Below, in pieces: positions 45,746 to 55,165 of a stretch of DNA of 64,000 nucleotides (the first letter of the stretch is position 1; the number at the start of each line of letters is the position of its first letter). Source of the stretch: a virus (Duplodnaviria; Caudoviricetes); IMG/VR virus record IMGVR_UViG_3300049486_000079, positions 1 to 64,000 of that record; one strand, given 5' to 3'. The translations under genes were made by a program, and so were the position numbers. The notes beneath the pieces are model-generated. The model searched no databases. It was not told the origin of the DNA and was given only the letters and a program-made list of their open reading frames with translations.

Positions 45746-46900
45746 TCAATAAGGCACAGCAACTGCACGCAGAGGAAAAGCTGAACCCCCTGTCGGCATA
45801 AACTGGATCCAGGGCTCAGAAGTCGAGGGCGAAGTCGCAATCGTATAACGCCCCCAAACTGCACACTTCGTATTATCCCCGGTCGAACCTGTTGTAGGCG
45901 GGATCAGGTAGTGATTGTTGCCGCTCGTGGGAATTACGCCCACCATCGAAAACGCAGCGCCTCCCCACTGTCCTCCGCGAGGATTGAAACAAAAACCAAG
46001 AGCGCGCCCGTCGTCAGACGACGACGTAAGATGCATCTTGTAAAGCACACCATAATTTCCAGATATTGTCTCCGCTGTTGGGGGCGAAACTGCGTTATCA
46101 TAGCCAGTCACATTCGCATCGTTCGCTGTGTTCCCCGCAATCGGAAACTGCTGCACATCCCCTGATGTTAAAATAGTACCCGTGGCGTCATAGACCTTAT
46201 CTGCATAGTCAAACGTCCCCCGATCATGCGAGTCGCGAGACGCCACGGATAATCCAGGGCAGACGCTGGTAGCAGAGTCGCCAGTGTTCAACATGCAAAT
46301 AGCGACTGTGTGATCACAAGGGAATGAGTAGTCCCAAATGCCGTGGTAAAGATTGCCGTTCGAGACATTGGTCCCATTAAAAGTCGAGTCGAGCGCGACC
46401 CAGCTCCCGGCAGAGACATTGACTCCCGAAGCAGCAGAAGACGTATCCCAACGATTATAAGCGAGCTTGCCTGCATACAAAAAGCTCGTGGTCGGTCCCG
46501 CAAGCCCAGTCTTCTGACGTGTAAGCGTGCACGAAGTTCCTGAACGGTTCTTAAGAACAACTGCAAAACGCTTTGTCGAACCCGAGTTGTTCACATGATA
46601 CGAGAAAATGCGATTGTAGACCCCTGACGAAGTTGCTCCGAGAGTCGCATCTTCATAAAGCTTCGTTTTCGCGGTCGGACTTTCGGGTGAGTCCGAAAAA
46701 ATCAGCTTCCCGCCTTCCCAGGTCTCCGACATCGAGATCTCAGGACACCCTGGAACAGATGAAATACCGTCAAGCGTAATAACCTGCGCTAGAGTCGAAT
46801 TAGTCATGTCCGTATCGAGCGTCGAACTCACGGGACAACTGCCGTAAGCCTCGCGCGTGATAAAGACAGCGACCAAACCAAGATATGCTCTCCAATTCAA
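45746..46900 (-). CDS. secreted-type protein with signal peptide
   Basis: MNWRAYLGLVAVFITREAYG; LIFSDSPE, GNYGVLY and NPRGG motifs; several Cys. Confidence 0.65.
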   Translation of the reverse strand: MNWRAYLGLVAVFITREAYGSCPVSSTLDTDMTNSTLAQVITLDGISSVPGCPEISMSETWEGGKLIFSDSPESPTAKTKLYEDATLGATSSGVYNRIFSYHVNNSGSTKRFAVVLKNRSGTSCTLTRQKTGLAGPTTSFLYAGKLAYNRWDTSSAASGVNVSAGSWVALDSTFNGTNVSNGNLYHGIWDYSFPCDHTVAICMLNTGDSATSVCPGLSVASRDSHDRGTFDYADKVYDATGTILTSGDVQQFPIAGNTANDANVTGYDNAVSPPTAETISGNYGVLYKMHLTSSSDDGRALGFCFNPRGGQWGGAAFSMVGVIPTSGNNHYLIPPTTGSTGDNTKCAVWGRYTIATSPSTSEPWIQFMPTGGSAFPLRAVAVPY

Positions 46901-46917
46901 GATCCCACCTCCTACCG

Positions 46918-47652
46918 CTACAGCGGCTGTTCGTACATAATGAGAGTCGCACGAATCGTTGTGCTCGTCGCCTGGTTCGGGACAACAGTTACACGTACAT
47001 AGGTCTTTTCAGGCACAATAATAGACTCGGCAGTGCCGTACCCTCCAAGAAATTCACGCTCAAAGCTCAGTCGCGTCGGGGGCGTCGGATTGCTCTCGAA
47101 TAATTTATCCAAGTCGATGGTGGCGTCGACCAAATTGCTTCCAAATCTTTGCTGCGCCAGCAGCTTCATCGAGGCCTCATCGTCCACAACAGCCGACCAT
47201 TTGAGAATAATACCCTGGTACCCAGCAGGAACGTAGTGGTGCGCAGCGAACGTCTGCGAGGTAGCCGAAGCAATACCCATAATCTCCGTACCACCCCCTC
47301 CCGTCACGGTACGCAACGTAATAGCCCCGGCCGCTGCCGCGCCCTGGATGACCTGCATGCTCTCGATAAATCGAATATCAGTAGCGACTGAATTGACGGC
47401 CGTCGTTCCATTCAGCGTAAAGTCCTCTGTGCTCCGCACATAACTCGAATTAAGATAGGTCACGCGAACGGCTTTGGCGCCAGATCCCGCTGAAGCATCC
47501 TGCGCAGACGTAGACACAATCGATCGTTGCGCCTCACTAGCGGGCTCTGCATAGGTACGGCCAAAAACAAGCACCTCGCTGGTAGAAGTCGCAGTCAGAT
47601 TTCCCAGACGACGAATAACATTAGGATCACTGACAAGAGTGATATTAGACAC
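46918..47652 (-). CDS. putative virion protein
   Basis: SIVSTSAQD..GSGAKAV...LNGTTAV...YVPAGY; GTG start at 47652 after GAGGTG. Confidence 0.65.
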   Translation of the reverse strand: MSNITLVSDPNVIRRLGNLTATSTSEVLVFGRTYAEPASEAQRSIVSTSAQDASAGSGAKAVRVTYLNSSYVRSTEDFTLNGTTAVNSVATDIRFIESMQVIQGAAAAGAITLRTVTGGGGTEIMGIASATSQTFAAHHYVPAGYQGIILKWSAVVDDEASMKLLAQQRFGSNLVDATIDLDKLFESNPTPPTRLSFEREFLGGYGTAESIIVPEKTYVRVTVVPNQATSTTIRATLIMYEQPL

Positions 47653-47660
47653 TGCCCACC

Positions 47661-48212
47661 TCACACCACGGAAAAAACAACAATTACGTCGAAGGTGCCC
47701 GCAGTCGAATTTGCCGTCTGCTTGAGGGTCAAAGACTGGTCTGCCCGTAACGTAAGAGGAACAGGTCTCGCCGCCCAAGCAGGGAGAAGACTCTGCAAGG
47801 CGTGATCAGCAGACTCCACATCAGCGGTGCCCGTCCCCCATTCATCTGACGACCAAAGCCAGCGCTCCAGTAAAGAAGTAGACTCGCCTGTAATCGTCGC
47901 ACCGGTCCTCACGCTAATATTCCCATTGAGTGTATTGTTTGTATCGTACGCAACAACACTCGATGTAAGACTCGTCCCTCCTGAGTGCGAAGTTGCTCGT
48001 CGAAGCTCGAACGTCGCTGCAACACCTGTAACAGCACCTGTTTGTACGTTACGAATTGAGATTGAGAAAACGCGTAGACGGACCGAGCTTCCCGATAAAT
48101 TCGCGAGAGAAATCATCGACTTATTTTGCGCAATCGCAGTCGCCGACGAAACTACGACGAAAGTATCCTCTTCGTAAATCCGAACAGGATCAAGAACTAC
48201 TACGCCAGGCAT
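47661..48212 (-). CDS. putative virion protein
   Basis: Beta-rich, tightly packed. Confidence 0.6.
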   Translation of the reverse strand: MPGVVVLDPVRIYEEDTFVVVSSATAIAQNKSMISLANLSGSSVRLRVFSISIRNVQTGAVTGVAATFELRRATSHSGGTSLTSSVVAYDTNNTLNGNISVRTGATITGESTSLLERWLWSSDEWGTGTADVESADHALQSLLPAWAARPVPLTLRADQSLTLKQTANSTAGTFDVIVVFSVV

Positions 48213-48213
48213 C

Positions 48214-48933
48214 TCAGACCTCTCTCACACGCGTCGCGCTAGAGACAAACCCGCCGGTTCTCGTATATGTTATATTGACACGTCCGAGTTGCGTCGTGCC
48301 GTCCGCTGCAAAGACCTTAATAAGCTCTCCGGTAACGAAACTGCCCGAATACGTGTAGTCGATGCTCTTAATCAACGTCGCGTCGCTCGTCCTTTTCCAC
48401 TCTTCTTTGGTTACTGTCTGACCGGAACGGGTCACAATGTAATCGTTCGTAGGCTCCGGGGGCTGATTCTCTAGTAAAAAATCAGTGTCGGTTCCGATGT
48501 TGCCGCCCGATCCAATCGCAGAATCAAAATCAGAAATCAGACCTTGAAGCGTCGATGCCGCTGAGTTACTAAGGCCTGTAGTGTCGACACCGACTCTCAG
48601 CGCCCCTGACTTAAATCGAAAAGCAGCGGAACCACCAGTGGAAGTAACAATCGACTCGGTCACGTCAAATGTTACATCATCCACCACAACAGCGACCGTA
48701 TAAGTCCCTGCGGCTGCTGACCCTGAAATGACACATTTATCTCCGACCTCAATCGGGTCGTCGCCATGAATAAGCGCAGCCCCTGAAGCCAAGACGACTC
48801 TCTTCGTTCCTGAAGTCGTCGAGACAATAGTGGTCCCTGAGCGAAAGTTAGACGTCCCCGTAGCGGCCAATTCGGCCGCATCGACGAAGTCCGCGTCATC
48901 GAGATCGCGAGCACCGGGTCTATTTATTCCCAC
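48214..48933 (-). CDS. putative virion protein
   Basis: Beta-barrel module plus IDYTYSG-type strands. Confidence 0.6.
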   Translation of the reverse strand: MGINRPGARDLDDADFVDAAELAATGTSNFRSGTTIVSTTSGTKRVVLASGAALIHGDDPIEVGDKCVISGSAAAGTYTVAVVVDDVTFDVTESIVTSTGGSAAFRFKSGALRVGVDTTGLSNSAASTLQGLISDFDSAIGSGGNIGTDTDFLLENQPPEPTNDYIVTRSGQTVTKEEWKRTSDATLIKSIDYTYSGSFVTGELIKVFAADGTTQLGRVNITYTRTGGFVSSATRVREV

Positions 48934-49345
48934 CGTTCTTGCTCTTCTTAGGACCGCGTCGTCCTGTTTGATCTTCGTCCTGGCTCATCGCCTGTTGAAT
49001 ACCTAAAGCCTCTTGCTTGGCAAGCTCTCGTTCGAGGCGCTCTATTTCTTGGGCAGCCTCTGCTTCTTGTTGCTTGACCGTCTGTCGGTTGTACGCAGCA
49101 ATAGTTTCCACTAAAATAGAGCCCATCATCTCAGCGGCTTTAATCTGCCCTTTGCATTCTCCTATGAGAGATTGAAGCCGCTCCATCTCCGAATGCGCCT
49201 TCAACTTGATGTTGTTACAAGACATCAAGAGCTGAGTCACTTGCTGCTGATAAAGCTCAAGACTGACAATGCCAAGGGTCTGGGCCTTCACAAACTCTTC
49301 TCGAAGGTTGACAAGAAGACCGTTGAAATCATTGACCATGTTCAT
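48920..49345 (-). CDS. coiled-coil protein
   Basis: Heptad-rich. Confidence 0.6.
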   Translation of the reverse strand: MNMVNDFNGLLVNLREEFVKAQTLGIVSLELYQQQVTQLLMSCNNIKLKAHSEMERLQSLIGECKGQIKAAEMMGSILVETIAAYNRQTVKQQEAEAAQEIERLERELAKQEALGIQQAMSQDEDQTGRRGPKKSKNGGNK

Positions 49346-49348
49346 AAA

Positions 49349-49621
49349 TCACCGTATCGAAAAAACGAGCTTACGCGTCTTGGCCATTTTATTCGCAATA
49401 GCCATACACTCTTCACAATAGACGCCTTGATGCTCGGGGGCTAAAAGCTCTCCAGAGGTTCGAAAAAACCGCATCGGAATCGCCGAACCGTCATCCCGGA
49501 GAAATAACTCTTTCGAAAAGTGACCTGATTTACACCACGACCCTGGTGGGTACTCTACGCTCGATACCAGGCTAAATGAAACAGAAGGACCTTGTTTCTT
49601 GCCAGAAAACACAGGAACCAC
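49349..49621 (-). CDS. small Cys/His-containing protein
   Basis: CKSGH...CEEC. Confidence 0.5.
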   Translation of the reverse strand: MVPVFSGKKQGPSVSFSLVSSVEYPPGSWCKSGHFSKELFLRDDGSAIPMRFFRTSGELLAPEHQGVYCEECMAIANKMAKTRKLVFSIR

Positions 49622-49640
49622 CGATAAGGCCTAGCTGAAA

Positions 49641-51119
49641 TCAGGCGTAAATGTAGTAGTTGATGTGATCACCGTTTTTGATCTTGGTATACGGCGTAAA
49701 AGACGTAGTAGATGTCTCCGCGTAATCGTTATTATCGACAACGGGTCCAGGATCGCGAAGCAGCTTGGTCCAGAATAAAGTCATGTTTTGACCGTTGTTG
49801 CTGCCGTCCAAGGTGTACGTCTGGGCTCCGGGTATCGTACGAGCGACGTTTGCACTGTTATCCGAGGTGAGCCGCTCGATGGTTCGAACAAACGTCGAAC
49901 CTGAAATCGCATCCGACAATGCCTGAAGGCTTGCGGTGATCGTCTGCCCGTCAGTAAGAATAGAGCCCGTATAGTCACGATTACCAATCTGTGCGTTCAA
50001 CAGATTGAAAAGCTCGACTACCGTAGGCGTCGCATCCGCAGAAGCAAAGACGTAGAAATTGCCTGTATTGGTCAGAAGACCGTTAAGGCTTGTAGCACCA
50101 TCCGCAATCCCTATTGCAGTACGAATATCAGATATGTCTTGGGACATATCCGCGTCGGCCACAAGGCCGTTGGTCAGTACGGTCCTCAGAGCCGTTTCCG
50201 TGAGATTGTCAAGTCGCTCACGAAACCCGTAGTAGTAATCGACCGTCGTCGGCTGACCTGACTCCCAGGTGTAGGCAACCGAAGTCGAAAGATCGGCTCC
50301 CTTTGTGACCGCACGGAACTCAATCTCGACGCTATTCGGAGACGTAGACGCACCCGCACGGGTGCGTCCAAAAACACGCTTGCCTATATCAGGTCCCGCA
50401 AGAACCTCAAGTGCTGCTTCAGTCGCCGGATTTATAATCTCGACGTAGGTCGCGAGATGGGCTCCTGCATCCGCACCGTCCTGAATAGGAACGCCTGTGC
50501 GATCCGTCGCATCCGCATGCTTAAGATTGCCTACGTCTGTGATTGTATCAGAGGTGTCTGTGGCGGCGACTGTTGCTCCGGCAAACTTCCGATTGACGAC
50601 CAACGCTTTAGCGTCCGTGGTCTTTCCAGCGATATTTGTCAGGTTCGCAGCGACGTTGGTGCCTACAGCAGTCGGACGCTGATAAGTCGGCACATCCGTA
50701 ATATGCGAAGCGGTTCCTTTGATATTCCTTCGATCTGTACGAGCGAAGTTGATATCGTCTTCAATCGAATAAGGCTTGGTAATCGTCCACGTGCCTGCAA
50801 ACGCCTCAGCCACGCCTGACGCATTATTATAAGAAATAACGGTACCGCTGGTGAAGCCAACGATCATGAAGGTACCGTCATTCGCAGGTGTTGTGGCGCC
50901 AGACAGCGTAATAAAACGCCCTACGTCCTGCGCCGTAAATACGGCCCCTGCATCGGTCAGAGTCATCGTCGGGGCAGTGCCACCAATCGTATCGCCTGTA
51001 CCGGTGCTAATTTGCGCACCGAGCGCGTTTGACTCGTCGGTAAGAGTCCGAGTGTTGCTGACGTTTAACGAGCCTTGGATATCAATTTCCTGGCTCAGGT
51101 TACCATTCCGTACGGGCAT
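49641..51119 (-). CDS. putative virion structural protein
   Basis: Thr/Gly/Ala-rich, 492 aa. Confidence 0.7.
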   Translation of the reverse strand: MPVRNGNLSQEIDIQGSLNVSNTRTLTDESNALGAQISTGTGDTIGGTAPTMTLTDAGAVFTAQDVGRFITLSGATTPANDGTFMIVGFTSGTVISYNNASGVAEAFAGTWTITKPYSIEDDINFARTDRRNIKGTASHITDVPTYQRPTAVGTNVAANLTNIAGKTTDAKALVVNRKFAGATVAATDTSDTITDVGNLKHADATDRTGVPIQDGADAGAHLATYVEIINPATEAALEVLAGPDIGKRVFGRTRAGASTSPNSVEIEFRAVTKGADLSTSVAYTWESGQPTTVDYYYGFRERLDNLTETALRTVLTNGLVADADMSQDISDIRTAIGIADGATSLNGLLTNTGNFYVFASADATPTVVELFNLLNAQIGNRDYTGSILTDGQTITASLQALSDAISGSTFVRTIERLTSDNSANVARTIPGAQTYTLDGSNNGQNMTLFWTKLLRDPGPVVDNNDYAETSTTSFTPYTKIKNGDHINYYIYA

Positions 51120-51141
51120 TCGGGAGGTCCATCCTTTCTAA

Positions 51142-51471
51142 TCAGACAAGCAAGTAGTCGGACTTCAAAATCGACGTCGCAACAGGGGTAAATGAGATAA
51201 GCGTTACCGTATCAAATCCCGAGCCGGGACCCCCACTCTCAGACACATAGAAATCCCCATTTAGAGGGGACAACGTCGCTGTCCGATTGAGTCTTCGTCC
51301 GTTATGATACACACTAATAGAGTCTTGCGCAAACTTCTCCAATGTCAGGAAAGTGCGGTTGATCCCATCGAGTGTGCCCAATAGGGTTGAATCAACCCTC
51401 AGCACCAACAATCGACGAGAAGTAGCCACGTTTATGGTCCTTTTAAAGCCGCGAGCTTGCCTAATGCACAC
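51142..51471 (-). CDS. small virion protein
   Basis: LDGINRTF...VYHNGRRL...DF module. Confidence 0.55.
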   Translation of the reverse strand: MCIRQARGFKRTINVATSRRLLVLRVDSTLLGTLDGINRTFLTLEKFAQDSISVYHNGRRLNRTATLSPLNGDFYVSESGGPGSGFDTVTLISFTPVATSILKSDYLLV

Positions 51472-51498
51472 CGCATTAGGACGAGAAAGAGACCTTAG

Positions 51499-53913
51499 CT
51501 AAGCAACTTCTGTCGAGACCGTCACAACGCCTTTTGTCACAATCTCCCCCACGGAGACAATGAGATTGCCCTCTGCATCCAGCTTCGACGCCGAGACAGT
51601 AACACCGTCCGTTAAAAGATGGCCTTCAATTGAGATATTTCGGAAGACTACGCCGGAAATAACACGCACCGCCTCATCCAGCTCAGACACGTACAGGTCC
51701 GACGATGATCTCCCCCTGAGAACTGAATCGACGGCGGCTTCGACAGCTCTTTGTCCGGCAGTCAGGGCTACTCCACGTAGCCCCACTCTGACTGAAATAA
51801 CGACACGAACCAGGAAGGGCTCCCCAGAAACTACACGAACGACCTGCGTAACCTCTTTTTTGCCGTCCAAATAAGTCTGGAGGGCCTGAATCAGACCCAC
51901 AGAGGGCGCTGTATAAAAACCAGAGAAATCGGTCGTAAGAATGGGGACAGTAACAAGGTTTGCTTTACAATCCGCTGAAAGCAACGTGTCGACGTGTGTT
52001 TGAATTTGGGTACAAAGATCTTCTATCTGGCTTGAAGTGTCTACAACAACAATCGAGATCGCGGAAAGCTGAGCTGTTATATTCGCCGTGTCCGCTGTGA
52101 TCTCGGTGAGACGATCCGACGCCGTCTTGAGAATCGTAGAAGCCGTAGTCACATCCAGTCCGACATCGGCAAGCTCGTCCTGTCCCGTCGTTATATTGGT
52201 CAAAGCCGTATCGGCACTAGATCCTATCACAGCCGTAAGGCTTGAGATCGAACCTCCTTGCGCAGATATCTTGTCCCAAAGTGCCTCTAGCTCTGTCCGA
52301 GTCTCCGTCGAAAGCCTGTCATTATCGGGAATGTCGACGGACGCAGTCGCCGCTGTATTAGCAGATTCGGTAGCGACCACATCCGTAATAATGCAAATAA
52401 TGTCAGAGGCCGTCACCGACAGAACAGTGAACACCGACTGGGTCTGAAGCAGCGCTCCCGTGATCTTTATTTTCATCCCCGGAACAACAGAGTCGGCAAT
52501 CCAGCTTCCAGAGGCCCTCGTGATCGTACGAGTCGTACCGTTGAAAGCCAGTGAAGTCGTAGCGCTTATTGCGGGAGGCGCTGTGAGAGCGTTCGTCGTG
52601 CTTTTCCCTGAGGACGCGTCCGTAGAAACACCGGTCGCAACAGACGCAGCCTCAGTCGCTTTCCCTTTGATGTTCCGTACATCGAGTTTACAGGACGCAA
52701 GTGCGTTATCGATATTGGTGTTTTTATCGGCTATGTCGCTGAGATCGTCATTTAGATTGGAAACCTCCGCGTCGATTTCAGTAACACTCTGCGAAGCACT
52801 AGCGGTCGCTGCTGTAACAGTCGTAATAGGATCATCGGCCAGATCGGCAATTTGAGATGTCAGCGTCTGTATCGTCAGATCTGACGTCGAGCCTCGGCTC
52901 GGAATCGCCTGTGCTACAGCCACCCTGCCGAAAAGGGGATCTGCAAAGGCGCTTGCAAGCGCCTTATGATCATACAACGTAACCGCAACCTGCCGGGTCT
53001 TGTATACGAGAGGCGCAAACCTTTTCGCATGAGCGATGTCTTCTGGATCTGCTCCCCCGACTGAGGGGGCGGGGTTATCAATAGAAAGCTGGATTGTCTG
53101 AAAACTTACAACCAGCGGTATAACAGCCCGAGTTATTGTGTTCTTGAGGACAAGCCCTTGAACCCCGTTCGAAGCCACGTAGGTCACAAGAATAGTAGCG
53201 CCGTTAGTAGGGATTGTGCCCGAGGTACCATTCCCAAAACGAACAGTCGGAGGATCGTCATTTGCCGCAAATTCAAACTGATCTGAAGAGGTAAACTCTA
53301 GGAATTCTTTTTCGACAAACGGGGAGCCGTTGACCGTCACAGTCACGCTATTCTGAACAACAAACTTCCCTTGGGGTACTCGGGCGAGCTGAAATACCTG
53401 ATTCGGAAGACCAGTGGACACAAAAGTCTCAGTAACGGTCTCGCCCTCATAACAAGCCACGGTCTGAGGACTGCTCAGCCCTGAGAAAGCAGGATAGGTC
53501 ACAGATCTTGCTGTTTCAAAAATCGTGTTATTGGGTCCCTGGAACTGAAATCCTTGTGGTATTGTGACCGCAAAAGGCACCGCAACACGAATAGCCACAG
53601 TGAGATCGACTGAGGACGCGACGGCCGCGCCCATTTTATAGCCGAGTTGTCGCGTAAGCCGTGAAACCGCGCCTCGGGTCCGTGCGGTCTCCAGGTACAC
53701 ATCCGTCGCCCGCCGATCGAGGTAGAAACTCAGGGTATCGTTGCCATACGCCTGAAGATCTAGGAGTACAATCCCTAAGCTTGAAAGAGCAAAATCGTTG
53801 AACTCAGCAGCGAACTTGACCTGAAGTCGCGCCTGAAGCTCGTCAAAGGACGTATCGAAGTCGAAGCCTGTGTACTTGACCCGAGTAATATCAGACGATG
53901 CGACAGAAACCAT
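51499..53913 (-). CDS. baseplate wedge protein J (T4 gp6-like)
   Basis: YTGFDFD...FYLDRRATDVYLETAR...LGYK; VRFGNG; GGADPEDI...AVT. Confidence 0.88.
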   Translation of the reverse strand: MVSVASSDITRVKYTGFDFDTSFDELQARLQVKFAAEFNDFALSSLGIVLLDLQAYGNDTLSFYLDRRATDVYLETARTRGAVSRLTRQLGYKMGAAVASSVDLTVAIRVAVPFAVTIPQGFQFQGPNNTIFETARSVTYPAFSGLSSPQTVACYEGETVTETFVSTGLPNQVFQLARVPQGKFVVQNSVTVTVNGSPFVEKEFLEFTSSDQFEFAANDDPPTVRFGNGTSGTIPTNGATILVTYVASNGVQGLVLKNTITRAVIPLVVSFQTIQLSIDNPAPSVGGADPEDIAHAKRFAPLVYKTRQVAVTLYDHKALASAFADPLFGRVAVAQAIPSRGSTSDLTIQTLTSQIADLADDPITTVTAATASASQSVTEIDAEVSNLNDDLSDIADKNTNIDNALASCKLDVRNIKGKATEAASVATGVSTDASSGKSTTNALTAPPAISATTSLAFNGTTRTITRASGSWIADSVVPGMKIKITGALLQTQSVFTVLSVTASDIICIITDVVATESANTAATASVDIPDNDRLSTETRTELEALWDKISAQGGSISSLTAVIGSSADTALTNITTGQDELADVGLDVTTASTILKTASDRLTEITADTANITAQLSAISIVVVDTSSQIEDLCTQIQTHVDTLLSADCKANLVTVPILTTDFSGFYTAPSVGLIQALQTYLDGKKEVTQVVRVVSGEPFLVRVVISVRVGLRGVALTAGQRAVEAAVDSVLRGRSSSDLYVSELDEAVRVISGVVFRNISIEGHLLTDGVTVSASKLDAEGNLIVSVGEIVTKGVVTVSTEVA

Positions 53914-53922
53914 GCCTCAACC

Positions 53923-54300
53923 TCACGTGCTCTGACTCGTTGGAATCGGCACGCTCAACGATTCGACACTTTTCGTAAAATCTACGACATATTGTATCGT
54001 TACCGTGAGAGTGCTATCCGATCGAGAAGTGGTAATCTCTAAAACAGAAACCCTGGGCTCGAATCTCGCTAGTGCGAGAGCGACCTCGCTTCTTAAAGCA
54101 GCCTCTAAAGCAGGATTGTTGTTCTCAAACACGTAATCGTGCACATTTGTCCCAAAATCGGGGCGATTAATCCTCTCCAATCGAGAGGTCATGAGGATCT
54201 GATACAGACTCTTCTTGAGAAGCTCTCCGTCCGTCACGCGAGCAGGGAATGAATCGTCTGATGCAATTAGAGGAAAGTCGAAGCCGTAATAGACAGCCAT
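53923..54300 (-). CDS. gp25/GPW baseplate protein
   Basis: ILMTSRLERINRPDFGT...FEPRV. Confidence 0.88.
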   Translation of the reverse strand: MAVYYGFDFPLIASDDSFPARVTDGELLKKSLYQILMTSRLERINRPDFGTNVHDYVFENNNPALEAALRSEVALALARFEPRVSVLEITTSRSDSTLTVTIQYVVDFTKSVESLSVPIPTSQST

Positions 54301-54321
54301 CAGCTATTTACCTCAAACGTA

Positions 54322-54705
54322 TCAAGGGCACGGTAACTCAGGGAGCTTCGGAAGCTTCGGAAGCTTCGGCAGACTCGGTGGGGAGAGTAACGGAGGGAGC
54401 ACAGGTAACGCAAGCTTCGGAAGAGGAGGTGATGGAATCGAAGGCAGCCCCAACGAGGGCCCCAAAGGCAGCAAAACAGGAAGCTTCGGAAGCCTCGGCA
54501 ACGAAGGAGGACTCGGTATTGGAGGAAGAATCGGAAGCTTCAGCGCAGGAAGCTTCGGCACCGGCACCATGCCCAGCCCCAATCCCAGCAAAGCCAGCGA
54601 AGGCAAACCGGGTAGTACAGGAAGCTTAGGTAAAGAGGGAGGCGCAGGAATAGGAGGCAGCACCGGTAAGCTGATTTTTGGTAAAGCTGGAATCGGACAA
54701 GTCAT
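54322..54705 (-). CDS. extremely Pro/Leu-rich repeat protein
   Basis: LPKLP and PPSLP repeats; fills the gap between 54709 and 54300; GAAGCTTCG DNA repeats. Confidence 0.6.
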   Translation of the reverse strand: MTCPIPALPKISLPVLPPIPAPPSLPKLPVLPGLPSLALLGLGLGMVPVPKLPALKLPILPPIPSPPSLPRLPKLPVLLPLGPSLGLPSIPSPPLPKLALPVLPPLLSPPSLPKLPKLPKLPELPCP

Positions 54706-54708
54706 AAT

Positions 54709-55164
54709 TCAAACCCAAGGAGGAACAGGAGGTGCAGGAGGAATTCCCCAAAGACCTGTCTTAAACCACAAGTCTACAGACGTCGCTATGACCGTGGCAC
54801 CAATAAGCGCGTTGTTAACAGGAGGCATCGGCGGGATCACCAGAGGTGCAGGAGGTGGAACCGCAACAGGAACGGACATCCCTGCAAATACTGCTGCGGC
54901 AACCGCAAAAGCACGGGGTAAAACCAAAGGCGCCTGAAGCGGAAGCGAAAACCCAATAACAGCGCCCTTAAACGCCTCTGCTGCGAGGACCGCACGGACC
55001 GGAACAAGAGGCGGCGGCGTCAGCACGGTAGTCAGGTAGCTGCGAACCGCATCAGACCAAAAGAGCGCAGCTTCCGGCTCGTTCTCTGGAAACTTCACAA
55101 ATCCAGAGAATGTCTTATCCGTAAAGCGACGAATACCATCTATGAGAAGATTTACGGCGGCCAT
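54709..55164 (-). CDS. hypothetical baseplate-region protein
   Basis: Directly after the spike gene; Pro/Ala-rich. Confidence 0.6.
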   Translation of the reverse strand: MAAVNLLIDGIRRFTDKTFSGFVKFPENEPEAALFWSDAVRSYLTTVLTPPPLVPVRAVLAAEAFKGAVIGFSLPLQAPLVLPRAFAVAAAVFAGMSVPVAVPPPAPLVIPPMPPVNNALIGATVIATSVDLWFKTGLWGIPPAPPVPPWV

Positions 55165-55165
55165 C

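Noticed and set aside
54249-54937. Plus-strand ORFs and GAAGCTTCG repeats as a CRISPR or mobile repeat
   Set aside because: The repeats are 9-nt codon repeats of the LPK motif with no unique spacers.
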